Shown one piece after another: positions 63,941 through 64,000 of a DNA stretch of 64,000 bases. The stretch spans positions 1,307-65,306 of the forward strand of contig CADCNQ010000009.1 of NCBI GenBank assembly GCA_902802815.1, given 5' to 3'. The stretch's first letter is position 1. The number at the start of each line of letters is the position of its first letter. Origin of the DNA: an uncultured Bacteroidales bacterium (lineage in GTDB: Bacteria > Bacteroidota > Bacteroidia > Bacteroidales > Bacteroidaceae). Both the position numbers and the translations under genes were made by a program. The notes beneath the pieces are model-generated. The model did no database searches. It was not told where the DNA came from and was given only the letters and a program-made list of their open reading frames with translations.

Positions 63941-64000
63941 GCGAACTGCAAGCACTTATTATGGGTCTCATACAGGGACTCACCGAATATCTACCCGTTT
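63937..64000 (+). CDS. uppP: Undecaprenyl-diphosphatase, N-terminal fragment that runs off the window.
   Basis: ATG at 63937 overlaps the preceding stop codon (ATGA). The translation MSELQALIMGLIQGLTEYLPV matches the conserved UppP/BacA N-terminus (..G..QG.TE[FY]LPVSS). Confidence 0.7.
   Translation, partial: MSELQALIMGLIQGLTEYLPV

Overview
This 64-kb window looks like a Bacteroidales chromosome, probably Prevotellaceae. That placement is an inference from gene content, TAnnTTTG-type promoter boxes and a T9SS-type C-terminal tail. The window splits into two very different parts.

(1) nt 1 to ~21,830 is an AT-rich block with every gene on the minus strand and gaps of only 1-46 nt or short overlaps. 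It is headed by a UpxY/NusG-like antiterminator behind a ~390-nt structured leader. Its products are:
- a DUF1294 membrane protein;
- a ~1080-aa Hsp70/actin-fold ATPase (SrfB-like);
- a 974-aa P-loop NTPase (SrfC-like);
- a bitopic subtilisin (S8) protease;
- a polytopic membrane protein;
- a 611-aa Ras-like GTPase;
- an 849-aa bitopic protein with no domain I recognise;
- two exported helical proteins;
- a bitopic trypsin-like (S1) protease;
- a small secreted protein;
- a secreted Sel1-repeat protein that runs off the left edge.

The two proteases belong to unrelated catalytic clans but share a homologous N-terminal, predicted cytoplasmic module. I cannot match this gene set to any characterised system. 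I flag it as the candidate novel system: a membrane-spanning NTPase/GTPase-controlled protease apparatus, possibly a conflict or defence system. Its function is entirely inference.

(2) nt ~22,300-64,000 is higher-GC, ordinary core genome:
- two hypothetical genes;
- a pectin/rhamnogalacturonan-type glycan-degradation cluster (two GH43, a 1402-aa lyase-like protein, a PL11-like lyase, a Y_Y_Y/AraC regulator);
- a BASS transporter;
- a GT4/GT9/DUF4254 cluster;
- pckA, a GH3-family gene, rnc-fabF-acpP, an MscS-family channel, HU, rhomboid and an EEP-family gene;
- secDF, tRNA-Arg(CCT), korAB, tyrS, tRNA-Gln(TTG), an SDR, miaB and ftsX-DUF3098-uppP.

Smaller oddities:
- a 14-unit heptanucleotide tandem array abutting a GH43 start codon;
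- a GH43 C-terminal gene relic;
- a perfect 23-bp inverted repeat embedded in ACGAG/CTCGT pentamer arrays;
- a 22-nt-period direct repeat in a promoter region.

I saw no CRISPR array, rRNA, integrase or transposase.
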